DNA of 64,000 nucleotides, from contig NC_043020.1 of NCBI RefSeq assembly GCF_006345805.1, positions 22,258,001 to 22,322,000 of the forward strand, written 5' to 3'. Below the pieces are notes generated by a model. The model had not been told where the DNA came from, ran no database searches, and saw only the letters and a program-made list of their open reading frames with translations. A program made the translations under genes and the position numbers. Positions 63,431 through 64,000 of the stretch are shown piece by piece (within the stretch, counting starts at the first letter, position 1; every line of letters begins with the position of its first letter). Origin of the DNA: Octopus sinensis (lineage: Eukaryota).

Positions 63431-64000
63431 GTAAGTAAATGCGACAAAATTAATAACACTGTTGTCTTTGTTATTTGAATTCCTAACGTGAGGGAGCAAG
63501 GTTTCACATCGTAATAGTGAAGGCTCGAAGTCGATTCCACCCTTCCACATATATTCTTTGTCTGTCTCTATATGTGTGTTTATATAGCCTTACTATAACT
63601 ATACAGTATGCGTAATATATATATATATATATAAAATGTTCAAGTGAGGTTATATTCTTTTAAAAACAAGTTCGCGTGGGGTTACTTAGTACTGAAAATA
63701 ATTATGGGGCTTGTGTTTATTAAAAAGGTCGTGTCGATCGGAAACGTGTTTTCTCTAACAATATTTTGAAAGTCTCTGGTTGAATACAGCGTTAGAGGAA
63801 ACTCGAAGTCCCAATCAATACGATGTTTACACACACACACATATATATATGTATGGTTATATAATCGGATTGTTAAATAACACTTCGTTGTACTCCTAGC
63901 TCAAAACCAATTGCTAAGAACAACCGCGGTAAATATATACGGTATACTTCAAATGATGTATATGTCTATATGGGGATGGGGCACAATGGGGAGATTTTTA

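Overview
AT-rich, repeat-dense animal DNA. The SINE/LINE/microsatellite landscape points to an octopus (inference). Two host genes are supportable: the last three coding exons of AGPAT5 (+; 6216-6380, 13369-13492, 23960-24185) and the first coding exon of cystathionine gamma-lyase CTH (+; 63269-63430). The rest is giant (TA)n/(TATG)n tracts, RTE LINEs with a PHD-type finger inside the RT, BovB-like RTE and Tx1/L1 fragments, several Penelope-like elements (PLEs), three tRNA-SINE families, Helitron/Helentron, mariner, hAT and MITE remnants, and a 121-bp satellite. Most notable: (1) more than 10 hammerhead-ribozyme (HHR) motifs found by eye. These include three independent copies with a compensatory U3:A8 core (UUGAAAA), a family with a U6 core, long-stem-II forms, and back-to-back HHR pairs in palindromes. 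(2) A recurrent class of fold-back palindromes. (3) A SINE whose 3' tail matches the 3' end of the Tx1 LINE in the same window. All structures were derived manually and nothing was searched against a database.
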